This document shows positions 46,151 through 54,732 of a stretch of 64,000 bases of DNA, piece by piece (positions within the stretch are counted from its first letter, which is position 1; each line of letters starts with the position of its first letter). The DNA is from Thermoplasmata archaeon (GTDB taxonomy: Archaea > Thermoplasmatota > Thermoplasmata > Lutacidiplasmatales > UBA184), in the NCBI GenBank assembly GCA_052326485.1, contig JBKQMS010000031.1, positions 16,904 to 80,903 of the forward strand, given 5' to 3'. The notes below the pieces were generated by a model. It saw only the letters and a program-made list of their open reading frames with translations. It was not told where the DNA came from and searched no databases. The position numbers and the translations under genes are program-made.

Positions 46151-46963
46151 GTGGCCGGGTCGGCACGGGCGGAGCTCGAGATACTCTACCGCATCAGCGT
46201 CGCGGTCCAGCAGGTCGTCCGCGATGCGGAGGGGTCGCCCCACCGGGGCGACGTCGTCGCGATGGGCGCGGACGGCACCCCGACCGAAGAGCTCGACCGG
46301 CTCGCCGAGACCGAGATCCTGAAGGTCCTCGACGCCGAGGCGGTGGACTGGAACCTCGTCTCGGAGGAGATCGGGCACGTCTCGCGGGGCGGGCAGAGCA
46401 CCCTCATCGTCGACCCGATCGACGGTACGTCGAACGCACTCCGTAACCTCCCGTTCTCCACCGTCTCGCTCGCGCTCGGTCGTCGCGACCTCGCCGGGAT
46501 CGACGTCGGTCTCGTCCGGGACCTCCATCGCGGAACGACCTACTGGGCCGCCCGGGGTCAGGGGGCCTTCCGTGACGGGCGTCGCATACGGACCCGCCCC
46601 TGGACCGCGCGCAGCGAGATCTTCTTCGTGAACCTGGGCCGACCCGCGAGCGAACGGTCGGCGCGGCTCGCGACGAGGTGTCGTCGGATCCGCTCGCTCG
46701 GGTGCGCCTCGTTCGAGATCCTGATGGTCGCGCAGGGGAGCGCGGACGCCTACTTCTTCGAGAACACGCCCGACACGCGGAACCTGAGGGCCACGGACGT
46801 CGCCGCCGCCTACCGGATCCTGCTCGAGGCCGGCGGCGGCATGAGCGACGCCAAGGGCCAGCCGATCGAGACGTTCCCGCTCACGGTGGACCGGCGCACG
46901 AGCATCTTCGCGTGGGGCGACAGCGCGCTGGGCGCCCGGGCGAAGGAGGAGGGGTACCTCTGA
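46151..46963 (+). CDS. inositol-monophosphatase/FBPase-family phosphatase
   Basis: 'DPIDGT' and 'WDNAA'-like ('WDL...') motifs. GTG start at 46151. Possible NADP-phosphatase partner of the downstream NadK. Confidence 0.7.
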   Translation: MAGSARAELEILYRISVAVQQVVRDAEGSPHRGDVVAMGADGTPTEELDRLAETEILKVLDAEAVDWNLVSEEIGHVSRGGQSTLIVDPIDGTSNALRNLPFSTVSLALGRRDLAGIDVGLVRDLHRGTTYWAARGQGAFRDGRRIRTRPWTARSEIFFVNLGRPASERSARLATRCRRIRSLGCASFEILMVAQGSADAYFFENTPDTRNLRATDVAAAYRILLEAGGGMSDAKGQPIETFPLTVDRRTSIFAWGDSALGARAKEEGYL

Positions 46964-47838
46964 GGATCGGCCTCCACGCGAACCCCCGCAAGCCGGCGGC
47001 GATCGAGCTCGCCCGGCGGGCGGTCCACCTGATAAACGGTCGGGCCGAAGTGATCGTGAGCGACGAGTCGGCGGCCGTCGCCCCCGAGCTCCCCCACAAA
47101 CCGATGGAGGAGCTGGACCCGGACGTCCTCATCGCGATCGGAGGAGACGGCACGTTCCTCTACACGCTCCGGCGCTCGGACGCCCCGCTCCTTCCGATCA
47201 ACGCAGGGACCGTCGGGGTCCTCGCCGAGGTCGAGGCGAACCGACCGAACGAGTTCGAAGGGGCGATCGAGCGGCTGCTGAAGGGGTTCTACTTCCTCGA
47301 GGAGCGGATGAAGCTCGCCGCGCTGGTCGGAACGACCCCCGTGCCGGACACGACCAACGACTTCGTTCTCCACTCGGCCCAGGTCGGGAAGATGGGCCTC
47401 TTCGAGATCGCGTTCGATGGGCATGTCGCGGGCCAGATCCGGGCCGACGGCCTCATCGTCGCGAGCCCCACCGGCTCGACCGCCTACTCGCTGAGCTCCC
47501 TCGGCCCCATCGTCGACCCCGGGCTCGACGCCATCGTGCTCACCTCGATCGCCCCGTTCCGAGTCGAGGCCCGCGCGCTCGTCCTCGAGCCGCTGCGGAC
47601 CGTCCGGCTGCGGCCGATCAAGTCCGGGCGCGGCGCCGTGGTCATCGCCGACGGCCAGGACGAGTATCCGCTCCCCCTCGACTCCGCGCTCACGGTCTAC
47701 CGGTCCCCCCGGCGAGCGACGCTCGTTCGCTTCGGGTCGCGGTTCTTCCAACGTCTCCAAGGGAAGCGGATCCTTCCGTGGACGGAGGACGGGCCGGTAG
47801 GAGGACCGTCAGGTGCCGATCTTCCGCCCCGCCCGTAA
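46912..47838 (+). CDS. nadK: NAD kinase
   Basis: 'IAIGGDGT', 'NAGTVG' and 'GSTAYSLS' motifs. No ATG. The conserved N-terminus 'LRIGLHANP' begins at a CTG exactly at the IMPase stop (46960), and the nearest GTG is at 46912. Start uncertain. Confidence 0.7.
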   Translation: MGRQRAGRPGEGGGVPLRIGLHANPRKPAAIELARRAVHLINGRAEVIVSDESAAVAPELPHKPMEELDPDVLIAIGGDGTFLYTLRRSDAPLLPINAGTVGVLAEVEANRPNEFEGAIERLLKGFYFLEERMKLAALVGTTPVPDTTNDFVLHSAQVGKMGLFEIAFDGHVAGQIRADGLIVASPTGSTAYSLSSLGPIVDPGLDAIVLTSIAPFRVEARALVLEPLRTVRLRPIKSGRGAVVIADGQDEYPLPLDSALTVYRSPRRATLVRFGSRFFQRLQGKRILPWTEDGPVGGPSGADLPPRP

Positions 47839-48346
47839 GCGGCCACCGGGCTCCCCTCGCCTCGGCGAGACGCCCCGGTCGATCACCCGGCGCGCGCTCG
47901 TCAGCGCCCTCGCGAGCGCCCGGTCCGCCTACCCGAACGAGTTCGGGGGCGTGCTGCGCGCCGACCCCCCCGGGATCATCAGCGAGCTGCTCCTCCTTCC
48001 CGGCACCACGGCGGGCCGGCGCCATGCGAACTTCCAGCTCTACATGCTCCCCGCCGACCTGACGGTCGTCGGAACGATCCACTCGCACCCGTCGGGGGCG
48101 CTCCACCCGTCGGACGCGGACCTCCGCCTGTTCCGGAGCTGGGGTCGGCGCCACATCATCGTCGGCACTCCGTTCGGACCGGGCTCCTGGCGGGCGTACG
48201 ACGGCAACGGGGAGGAAACGCGGCTCGAGGTCCGCGAAACGGTGGCTTCCCCGATCCCCAGCGAAGAGCTGCCCGAATACCGACCTCGGGCCGTGCACCG
48301 ACCCCTGCCGAGCGACTTGGGGAACTTTCCCGAGGACGAAGCCTAG
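47813..48346 (+). CDS. JAMM/MPN+ metalloprotease-domain protein
   Basis: JAMM motif 'E...HSHPSGALHPSDAD'. Overlaps the nadK 3' end by 26 nt. Confidence 0.7.
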   Translation: MPIFRPARKRPPGSPRLGETPRSITRRALVSALASARSAYPNEFGGVLRADPPGIISELLLLPGTTAGRRHANFQLYMLPADLTVVGTIHSHPSGALHPSDADLRLFRSWGRRHIIVGTPFGPGSWRAYDGNGEETRLEVRETVASPIPSEELPEYRPRAVHRPLPSDLGNFPEDEA

Positions 48347-48372
48347 GACGGGGTCGCGGGCCGTCCGGTCCG

Positions 48373-49965
48373 CTATTCGCGCACGGGGATCGTCGGAACG
48401 GGCAACCGGTCCGGCGTGCGGGTCGGGTCCACGATCTCCCGCCCGGGCCGCTTGGGCTCGCTAATGAGCCCGTGCATCCCGGCGAGCATCTCGAGGAACG
48501 CGATGAACCCGCGGAACGAGCTCCGGTAGAGCTTCGTGTGGTGACCTTCCCAGTCGAAGAAGTCGTCCAGCATCCGCTTCGACTGCCGGAGCCCGTGCGT
48601 GAGCGCGCGCTTCAGGAGCACCTGCTGGAGGGGGCTCACCCGGTCCCGGCGGAACCAGTCCCGGGACTGGAGGTGGCCCAGCGGAACGAAGAACATCGGG
48701 ACGAGGATCGCCTTGAAATTCCACAGGTCGTCGATCAGGTCGATCGTCCGCTGGACGTCGTCCTCGGTCTCCTGGGGGAGGCCGACGATGAACGTACACG
48801 CCGGGAACACGTGGTTGTCGTTCATCAGACCCGCCGCCTGCACGACGAGCTCGGGCCACTGGGAGGCCTTGAACGGAGCGACCTTTCCCGGCATCGCGGC
48901 GGTGATCATGCGAGGGGACCCGGTCTCGACTCCGACCTCCACGCCCCACCAGTCCTGCTTGTCGTCGATCAGGACCTCGGCGCACTTCGAGAGGAGCTTC
49001 GGCTTGGTCATGAGGGTGGCCACGGCGACATGGCTCCACCCGACCTGCTGGTAGTAGCGCTTCGCGAGCTGGAGGAGCGGGATCAGCTTCTCCTCGTGCG
49101 GCATGATGTTCGGGCTCCCGTAGAACAGCACGTCGTCCGAGTGCAGGATCCCCTTACGGACCCCGATCTTCGCGTTGACCTTGAGCTCCTCCTCGATCTT
49201 CTCGAGGGGGTACCAGCGGGTCGGTCGCGTGGTGACCGAACAGAACGAGCAGCCGCGGCAGCACCCGCGGCCGATCTCGACGAGACCGTTCACGCTCGGG
49301 AACCGTATGGAGGGGATCTGCTCGACCTTCGGGGCCTCCTTCGGGCCGAGCACGACGTGCGGCGGGAGGAACTCATCGCGAAGCGCCTTTCCGACGATCT
49401 CCTTGGCGAACAGGTCCGCTTCGCCCTCGACGACGCTGTCGATGCCGCCGAAGGAGTCCACGAACTCCTGGATCCAGGGGAGCTTCTTCCGGGTCGCGGG
49501 CGCAAGTTGCCAGGCGCACGGACCCCCCGCGATGATCTTGAGGCCCCGCTTGCGGGCCTCGACCACGGCCGGCTGCCGGAGCATCCGCTTGAAGTTGACG
49601 CAGTTCAGGGGCTCCTTCTTCATCACGCCGGCGAACGTGGAGCTCGGAGGGTTGAGCCCGAAATAGTCGTGGCCCGAGATCAGGAGGACCTTCGCCTGGC
49701 CCGGCATGTACTTGTCGAGGTGGCTTGGATGGACGATCCGGGCGTCGAAGCCGGCGTCGATGAGGGACGCCTCGATCTTTCGCATCCCATAGGGGGCCTG
49801 GCGGGGGTAGCCGTTCTCGTCCACCGGCATGTCGGGGAAGAACAGCCGCTTGTACACGGTCTCGGGCAAGATGTAGGCGGGAGTCGTCGTTCCGAACCCC
49901 AGGAATTCCTTTCCGTGGTGGTTGCTCATCATCGTCCAGTCGCAGGTGATGACAACTTCGGGCAT
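48373..49965 (-). CDS. B12-binding-domain radical SAM protein (class B rSAM)
   Basis: N-terminal cobalamin-binding region, 'GRGCCRGCSFCS' CxxxCxxC cluster motif, 530 aa. Confidence 0.8.
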   Translation of the reverse strand: MPEVVITCDWTMMSNHHGKEFLGFGTTTPAYILPETVYKRLFFPDMPVDENGYPRQAPYGMRKIEASLIDAGFDARIVHPSHLDKYMPGQAKVLLISGHDYFGLNPPSSTFAGVMKKEPLNCVNFKRMLRQPAVVEARKRGLKIIAGGPCAWQLAPATRKKLPWIQEFVDSFGGIDSVVEGEADLFAKEIVGKALRDEFLPPHVVLGPKEAPKVEQIPSIRFPSVNGLVEIGRGCCRGCSFCSVTTRPTRWYPLEKIEEELKVNAKIGVRKGILHSDDVLFYGSPNIMPHEEKLIPLLQLAKRYYQQVGWSHVAVATLMTKPKLLSKCAEVLIDDKQDWWGVEVGVETGSPRMITAAMPGKVAPFKASQWPELVVQAAGLMNDNHVFPACTFIVGLPQETEDDVQRTIDLIDDLWNFKAILVPMFFVPLGHLQSRDWFRRDRVSPLQQVLLKRALTHGLRQSKRMLDDFFDWEGHHTKLYRSSFRGFIAFLEMLAGMHGLISEPKRPGREIVDPTRTPDRLPVPTIPVRE

Positions 49966-50088
49966 GGACCGACCTCACCCCGAGGGGTAGGACAGGGCGT
50001 CCACGGGAATCCCCCTCTTATGGCTATCGAAGCTCCCGAAGCGACACTCGGTAACGCCTGAAGCGTTCGGAGCCGGCCCAAAAACCCC

Positions 50089-50349
50089 CTAGCCGAAGTC
50101 ACCCTCGTCGTCGTCCCGGGGCGAGACGCCGTCGAGCGGGTCGCCCATCTCCTCAGGGGGTTCCTCCATCTCTCCGCCCTCATGGAACGCCGGGTCGCGC
50201 TGTAGAAGATGGACCCGCACGCAGTCTCGGTGGGCGGGGGTCCCGTTCCAGGAGCTGGTCTCCTCCGGTTCGTCGAGCGGTTCCTTGCAGAGGCAGCAGA
50301 TCTCCGGGGGCGGACTGATCCAGGAGATACGCCGGGGAGCGGGCTCCAT
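50089..50349 (-). CDS. putative small Cys-containing acidic protein
   Basis: 86 aa with 'CCLCKEP...HRDC' and an acidic C-terminus. GC3-rich codons. Sits divergent to the HTH-CBS regulator. Weak support. Confidence 0.3.
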   Translation of the reverse strand: MEPAPRRISWISPPPEICCLCKEPLDEPEETSSWNGTPAHRDCVRVHLLQRDPAFHEGGEMEEPPEEMGDPLDGVSPRDDDEGDFG

Positions 50350-50463
50350 CGGGGCCTCTCGTCACATATGCGGGAAGGTGTCCTTTACCTTTCGGAACGA
50401 CCCGTTCCCGGGCCGGCGGCTCCCCAGGAAAGACCCTTAACCCGGGCCGAGCGTCGACCCGAC

Positions 50464-51042
50464 GTGGACACCTTCACCGAGATCCGTCGCCGACGGGTCA
50501 CCCTCGGCATCTCGCTCGGTGAGCTCGCTCGGGCGGTCGGAAGGAGCGACGCGACGCTCTCTCGCATCGAGCGGGGGCAGATCCGACCGTCGTACGAGCT
50601 CGTCCAGCGCATCCTGGCCTACCTAGAGACCCAAGAAGGGCTCACCGCGCCCCGGCTCACCGTCGGGGAGCTCATGCACCGACCGCTGGTCACTGTCGAA
50701 CCGAACGCTACCTTGGCTACGGCCGCCCAACGGATGGAGAGCGGGGCGTACTCGCAGCTTCCTGTAGTGGACCAGGGTCGCGTGATCGGCTCGTTGTCCG
50801 AGTCCGCGTTGCTCCGGGCGCTCGCGCAATCGGCCGCGCATCGGGTCCGGGTCCGAGAGGTCCTCGAGCCGCCGTACCCCGTGCTCGACGAGGGCTTCCC
50901 CGCGGACCTCCTCCCCCCGCTCTTGGGGCGGTACCCGGCGATCCTGGTCGCCCGTCACGGGGACCTGCAAGGGATCGTTACCAAGGCGGACCTCATCCGG
51001 GGCCTCCGCGGGGCCTCCCTCCGTCGGGGCCCGAGCGGCTAG
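50464..51042 (+). CDS. HTH_XRE-CBS domain transcriptional regulator
   Basis: HTH 'LGISLGELARAVGRSDATLSRIERGQ' followed by a CBS pair ('VGELMHRPLVTV...', 'GIVTKADLIRGL'). GTG start at 50464 is proposed; an alternative ATG lies at 50368. Confidence 0.7.
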   Translation: MDTFTEIRRRRVTLGISLGELARAVGRSDATLSRIERGQIRPSYELVQRILAYLETQEGLTAPRLTVGELMHRPLVTVEPNATLATAAQRMESGAYSQLPVVDQGRVIGSLSESALLRALAQSAAHRVRVREVLEPPYPVLDEGFPADLLPPLLGRYPAILVARHGDLQGIVTKADLIRGLRGASLRRGPSG

Positions 51043-52085
51043 GGCTCGGCGTTAGCGACCCGAACAGCGCCGAGCGAGGCCCGTACCGCGAGCTGAGCCG
51101 CGAGGAACCCCAGGCGATCAGCCTCCCCGCCCGCTCGGCCCGCTGAGAGCGCCGGGCCCACCGAGCCTGTCGAAGCCCCGAAGAGGACGTCTCCGTCCGT
51201 CGCGCTGTGGAACGGCGTGACCGTCGAGGCCAAGCCGGCGTGGGCCATAGCGACGACCCTCGCGAGCGTCGGCCGGTCCACGTCGAGGTCCGTGACCACG
51301 AGACCCAGGGTGGTGCCGGACGATGGGTCGGCCACCGGCGGGGCCGCCCCGGGGGGCGCGATCCGCCCGCGGTCGTCCCGCGCCCCGGCGACCCAGCGAC
51401 CCGTGCTCGGGTCCCGCACCCCCCCGATCGAATTCACGACGAGCAGAACTCCGAGCAAGCCGCGTCGCCCGACCCGCGTGGCGGCCGTGCCGATGCCTCC
51501 CCGCATCGCCCGTTCGCGTCCGAGGTACTTCCCGACCGTGGCCCCCGCCCCGGCGCCCACGCGCCCGACGGGGACTTCGTCCCGACTCGCTCGCCGCGCC
51601 GCCTCGTAGCCGAGGGGAAGGTAATCCGGTATCGGCCCTTTGGTTCGTGGTAGGTCGAAGAGCGCGGCCCCCGACACCGGCGCGACGAGGTTGGGGTTGT
51701 GGAACGCGCGGTGCCCGCCGCCGCGTTCTAGGACCCGAAGCCGAACCCCTCGCGCCGCGTCCAGGCCATAGAGGCTCCCGCCGGAAAAGAAAAGGGCCCA
51801 CCGGCGACCGAACGTCGAATCGAGCGAGAGCGAGGCCGTGTCGTAGGTCGCCGACGCGCCCCCCCGAACCTCCACCACGGTCGGGACGGCCGCATCGAAC
51901 AGGACCGCCGTGACACCGCTCGATGCCTCGGGATCCTCGGCGTGGCCGACGGCGAGCCCTGCCACCCGTGAGAGGTCGAGCGTCGATGGCGCCACAGGGT
52001 CGGGAGGCGCCCCGTAGAAAAAGCGATTCCGCCCGGTTTGCGCGATGGGTTCTTGTATTCCATCGAAGGTGCCCCGCACCAGCAT
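51039..52085 (-). CDS. P1/S58 (DmpA-family) aminopeptidase
   Basis: DmpA/OAT-like fold with self-cleavage region 'GLVVTDLDVD' and 'GTAATRV'. The start overlaps the divergent ATG of the next gene, so one of the two starts is wrong. Confidence 0.7.
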   Translation of the reverse strand: MLVRGTFDGIQEPIAQTGRNRFFYGAPPDPVAPSTLDLSRVAGLAVGHAEDPEASSGVTAVLFDAAVPTVVEVRGGASATYDTASLSLDSTFGRRWALFFSGGSLYGLDAARGVRLRVLERGGGHRAFHNPNLVAPVSGAALFDLPRTKGPIPDYLPLGYEAARRASRDEVPVGRVGAGAGATVGKYLGRERAMRGGIGTAATRVGRRGLLGVLLVVNSIGGVRDPSTGRWVAGARDDRGRIAPPGAAPPVADPSSGTTLGLVVTDLDVDRPTLARVVAMAHAGLASTVTPFHSATDGDVLFGASTGSVGPALSAGRAGGEADRLGFLAAQLAVRASLGAVRVANAEP

Positions 52086-52662
52086 GACCTCCCCTCGCCG
52101 AAAGCCGAGCGCGGAACCTCAGCCCCCGAAGGGCTTCCGGATCGCACGAGACCTACCGGTGGGCCGCCACCCGCTGCTCGCGGCGTTCCCCGGAGCGGAC
52201 CGGCTCCCGATCGCGGAGCGCCTGCAGTCGGACGCCGCCGCGCGCGCCAAGCTGTTCGATGAGACGTGCGTGCAGGTGGTCGACCAGGACCTCTGGATGT
52301 ACGTGGCACCGTGGGACATGCCTCCGGGCGCCCGACGCGAGTGGCGGCCCGTGCTCTCCCCCGGCTCCGACTGCATCGTGATCGGGAAGAGCCACCTTGC
52401 CGACAGCCCGCCGCTCGTGCTCTACATGGACATCTTCCACGAGCTCTGCCACGTTATCCAGCGGCAGGGGGGGGCGAACCTGTTCGCAGCCGGGAGCTAC
52501 GTGAAGCGCTGGACCGAGGTCGAGGCGTACCGGTTCGTCGTGAAGGAAGCGCGGACCCTCGGTGTCTCCGACGAGTTCCTCCGCGAGTACCTCCGCGTGG
52601 AGTGGATCTCGGAGGACGAGCACCAAGAGCTGCTCGCGAGCCTCGAGGTCCCTCTCCGCTAG
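52084..52662 (+). CDS. HExxH-motif protein (putative Zn metallopeptidase-like, DUF45/WLM-like?)
   Basis: 'DIFHELCHVIQRQ' plus a downstream Glu. An alternative GTG start at 52159 would remove the overlap with the divergent S58 start. Confidence 0.45.
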   Translation: MTSPRRKPSAEPQPPKGFRIARDLPVGRHPLLAAFPGADRLPIAERLQSDAAARAKLFDETCVQVVDQDLWMYVAPWDMPPGARREWRPVLSPGSDCIVIGKSHLADSPPLVLYMDIFHELCHVIQRQGGANLFAAGSYVKRWTEVEAYRFVVKEARTLGVSDEFLREYLRVEWISEDEHQELLASLEVPLR

Positions 52663-52714
52663 GTCTCTCGGGATCCGGCCGCCCCGAGGGGCGGACGGTC
52701 GCCCCTCCCGATGC

Positions 52715-54190
52715 GTGACGAACCGATTCTTTATCCCCCCGAACCCCGAATCGAACTGCCTACCGGGGGGGCACGACACGTCGATCGACATCAAGGCCCG
52801 CTCGATCCTTCGTCCCTCGACCAACGACCTCTGGTTCCTGGCCTATCTTCCGCTCGCCGTCTCGGACGGGATCGCCACCCCGCTCATCCCGCTGCTCGCG
52901 CTCCAGCACTTCGGCGCCAGCGCGTTCGTGGTCACGATCATCATCGCGGCGAGCGCGATGAGCCAGGTCCCGTTCACCATCCTGTGGGGGAACCTCTCCG
53001 ACCGCGTCGCGCACCGGAAGTACTTCCTCGTCGGCTCGTTCCTCGCGACAGGCGTGAGCATCATCCTCATCGCGCTCGCGAGTAACCTCATCACGTTCTT
53101 CTGGCTCAACGTCGTCGAGGGTCTCGCCTCCGCCGCAAGCGCGCCGATCGGGACGATGCTCCTGCTCGAGACGCGCCACAAGCGCTGGTGGCCGCAGGAC
53201 ATCGGCTTCTTCGGCCTCATCTCGGGGCTCGGCACGACCGCGGGGCTCGCCGTCGGCTTCGTCTGGCTGTTCGTGATCGGCTACTCCCAGCCGGCGATCT
53301 CGGCGATGACCGCGCTCCTGCTCGTCTCGGGAGTGCTCGCCCTGGTCTCCGCGGGGATCGCATGGGCGTGGATCGAGGAACCGACGGCCCGGGTCGAACG
53401 CAGGACGGTCTCCGGCTTGCTGAACCTCAACCGGGGCGTGGTCGAACGGTTCCGTCACGTCCGGGCCCGGATCTCCGGGCTGGTCGACCTCACTCGGTCC
53501 AGCGCCGAACGCCTGCCCGGTCGGGAGTACCTCTTCCTCGTGGCCCTCGGGGTGATGTGCGTCGGCTTCGACATCTTCTACGGACCGTTCCCGGTGTTCC
53601 TATGGCAGAACGCCCGATTCTCGGACGCGGGGGTCTTCATCGTCTACCTCGGCTCGTCGGCGGCCTCCACCGCCCTGTTCTTCCACTCCGGAAAAGCCGT
53701 CGACGCGCACTCCCCGAAGACGGTCTTCCTCGAGTCCCTCGGTGGCCGCGTCCTCCTGATGCTGCTGTTCTTGTGGGGCCCGATCTACGTCCTGTTCGGC
53801 TTCGGGACGCCAGCGCTGCTCGCCTGGCTCACGCTCCTCAACGCGCTCCTCGGCGTCACCTGGGCGTTCATCAGCACGGCGAGCACGCTCTTCCTGGTCC
53901 GACTGGTGGGCCGCTCCGCGCGGGGCCGAGCGCTCGGCCTCTACAACGCGATCGCGGGGGCGGGGAGCCTCATCGGGACCCTCCTCGGTGGCTGGCTCTA
54001 CGCCACGTACGGGGTGCAGTTCGCCTACTCGATCGCCGCCGTAACGGTGGTGATCGGCGCCGGCCTCCTGCTCCCGATCCCCTACCACATGTTCCAGTTC
54101 TCCCACGCCCTCCCGCATCGCCGCGGGCTCGGGCGCAACGCACGGGCCGTCGCTGGGCCCCCTCGAACGAGGGGTCGGTCCCGCGGGTGA
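52715..54190 (+). CDS. MFS transporter
   Basis: 12 TM helices. No ATG upstream of TM1, so a GTG start at 52715 is proposed (the listed ORF starts at 52562 inside the previous gene). Confidence 0.7.
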   Translation: MTNRFFIPPNPESNCLPGGHDTSIDIKARSILRPSTNDLWFLAYLPLAVSDGIATPLIPLLALQHFGASAFVVTIIIAASAMSQVPFTILWGNLSDRVAHRKYFLVGSFLATGVSIILIALASNLITFFWLNVVEGLASAASAPIGTMLLLETRHKRWWPQDIGFFGLISGLGTTAGLAVGFVWLFVIGYSQPAISAMTALLLVSGVLALVSAGIAWAWIEEPTARVERRTVSGLLNLNRGVVERFRHVRARISGLVDLTRSSAERLPGREYLFLVALGVMCVGFDIFYGPFPVFLWQNARFSDAGVFIVYLGSSAASTALFFHSGKAVDAHSPKTVFLESLGGRVLLMLLFLWGPIYVLFGFGTPALLAWLTLLNALLGVTWAFISTASTLFLVRLVGRSARGRALGLYNAIAGAGSLIGTLLGGWLYATYGVQFAYSIAAVTVVIGAGLLLPIPYHMFQFSHALPHRRGLGRNARAVAGPPRTRGRSRG

Positions 54191-54197
54191 GACCGCG

Positions 54198-54719
54198 CTA
54201 GCCGAACATCTCCCAGGTCAGGGTCCGGACGACGTACCCCAAGGCGAGATGGGCCAGGAACACTTCGAGGGCCGGGGGGTACTCCTCGATGACGCAGGAG
54301 CGGAACCCGAGCCGGCCCACGCCCACGGGATCGGTCCCCCGGAGCACGGCGAACTTCCCGGTGAGCCGCTCGTTGATCGTGTACTCGACCCCTCCGTAGA
54401 GGATCGTCATCGGTCCGAACGTCGTCGCCCGCGTCTTCCAAAGGTCCTCGCCGACCTGGATCCGGATCTCGTCCGCCTTCGCGCGGTAGGAGACGAGCGA
54501 CCGCCCGTCCGTCGCGGCGCTCGGTCGGTCGAGCACGTAGGCGGTCGAGAACAAGGCTGCGATCTTCGGATAGAGGCCCGGGCTCTCGGACTCGACGGGT
54601 CGTCCGGTCCAGGTCTCGGCACCGACCTCGACCTCGATGACGTTCTTCAGGACACGAGCCGTCGCCCGAATCATCGGCCGCTCGAAGGCGTACTGGCCAT
54701 CAGGTATTAATGGCGACAC
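54198..54719 (-). CDS. hypothetical protein
   Basis: 173-aa ORF with coding-like composition and no recognisable motif. Confidence 0.4.
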   Translation of the reverse strand: MSPLIPDGQYAFERPMIRATARVLKNVIEVEVGAETWTGRPVESESPGLYPKIAALFSTAYVLDRPSAATDGRSLVSYRAKADEIRIQVGEDLWKTRATTFGPMTILYGGVEYTINERLTGKFAVLRGTDPVGVGRLGFRSCVIEEYPPALEVFLAHLALGYVVRTLTWEMFG

Positions 54720-54732
54720 CGGTCGGTGGCGC

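Noticed and set aside
50209-50463. Upstream ATG (50209 or 50368) as the start of the HTH-CBS regulator
   Set aside because: It would add 35-85 residues of low-complexity sequence with no homology and would overlap the divergent small ORF. The GTG at 50464 sits right before the HTH.
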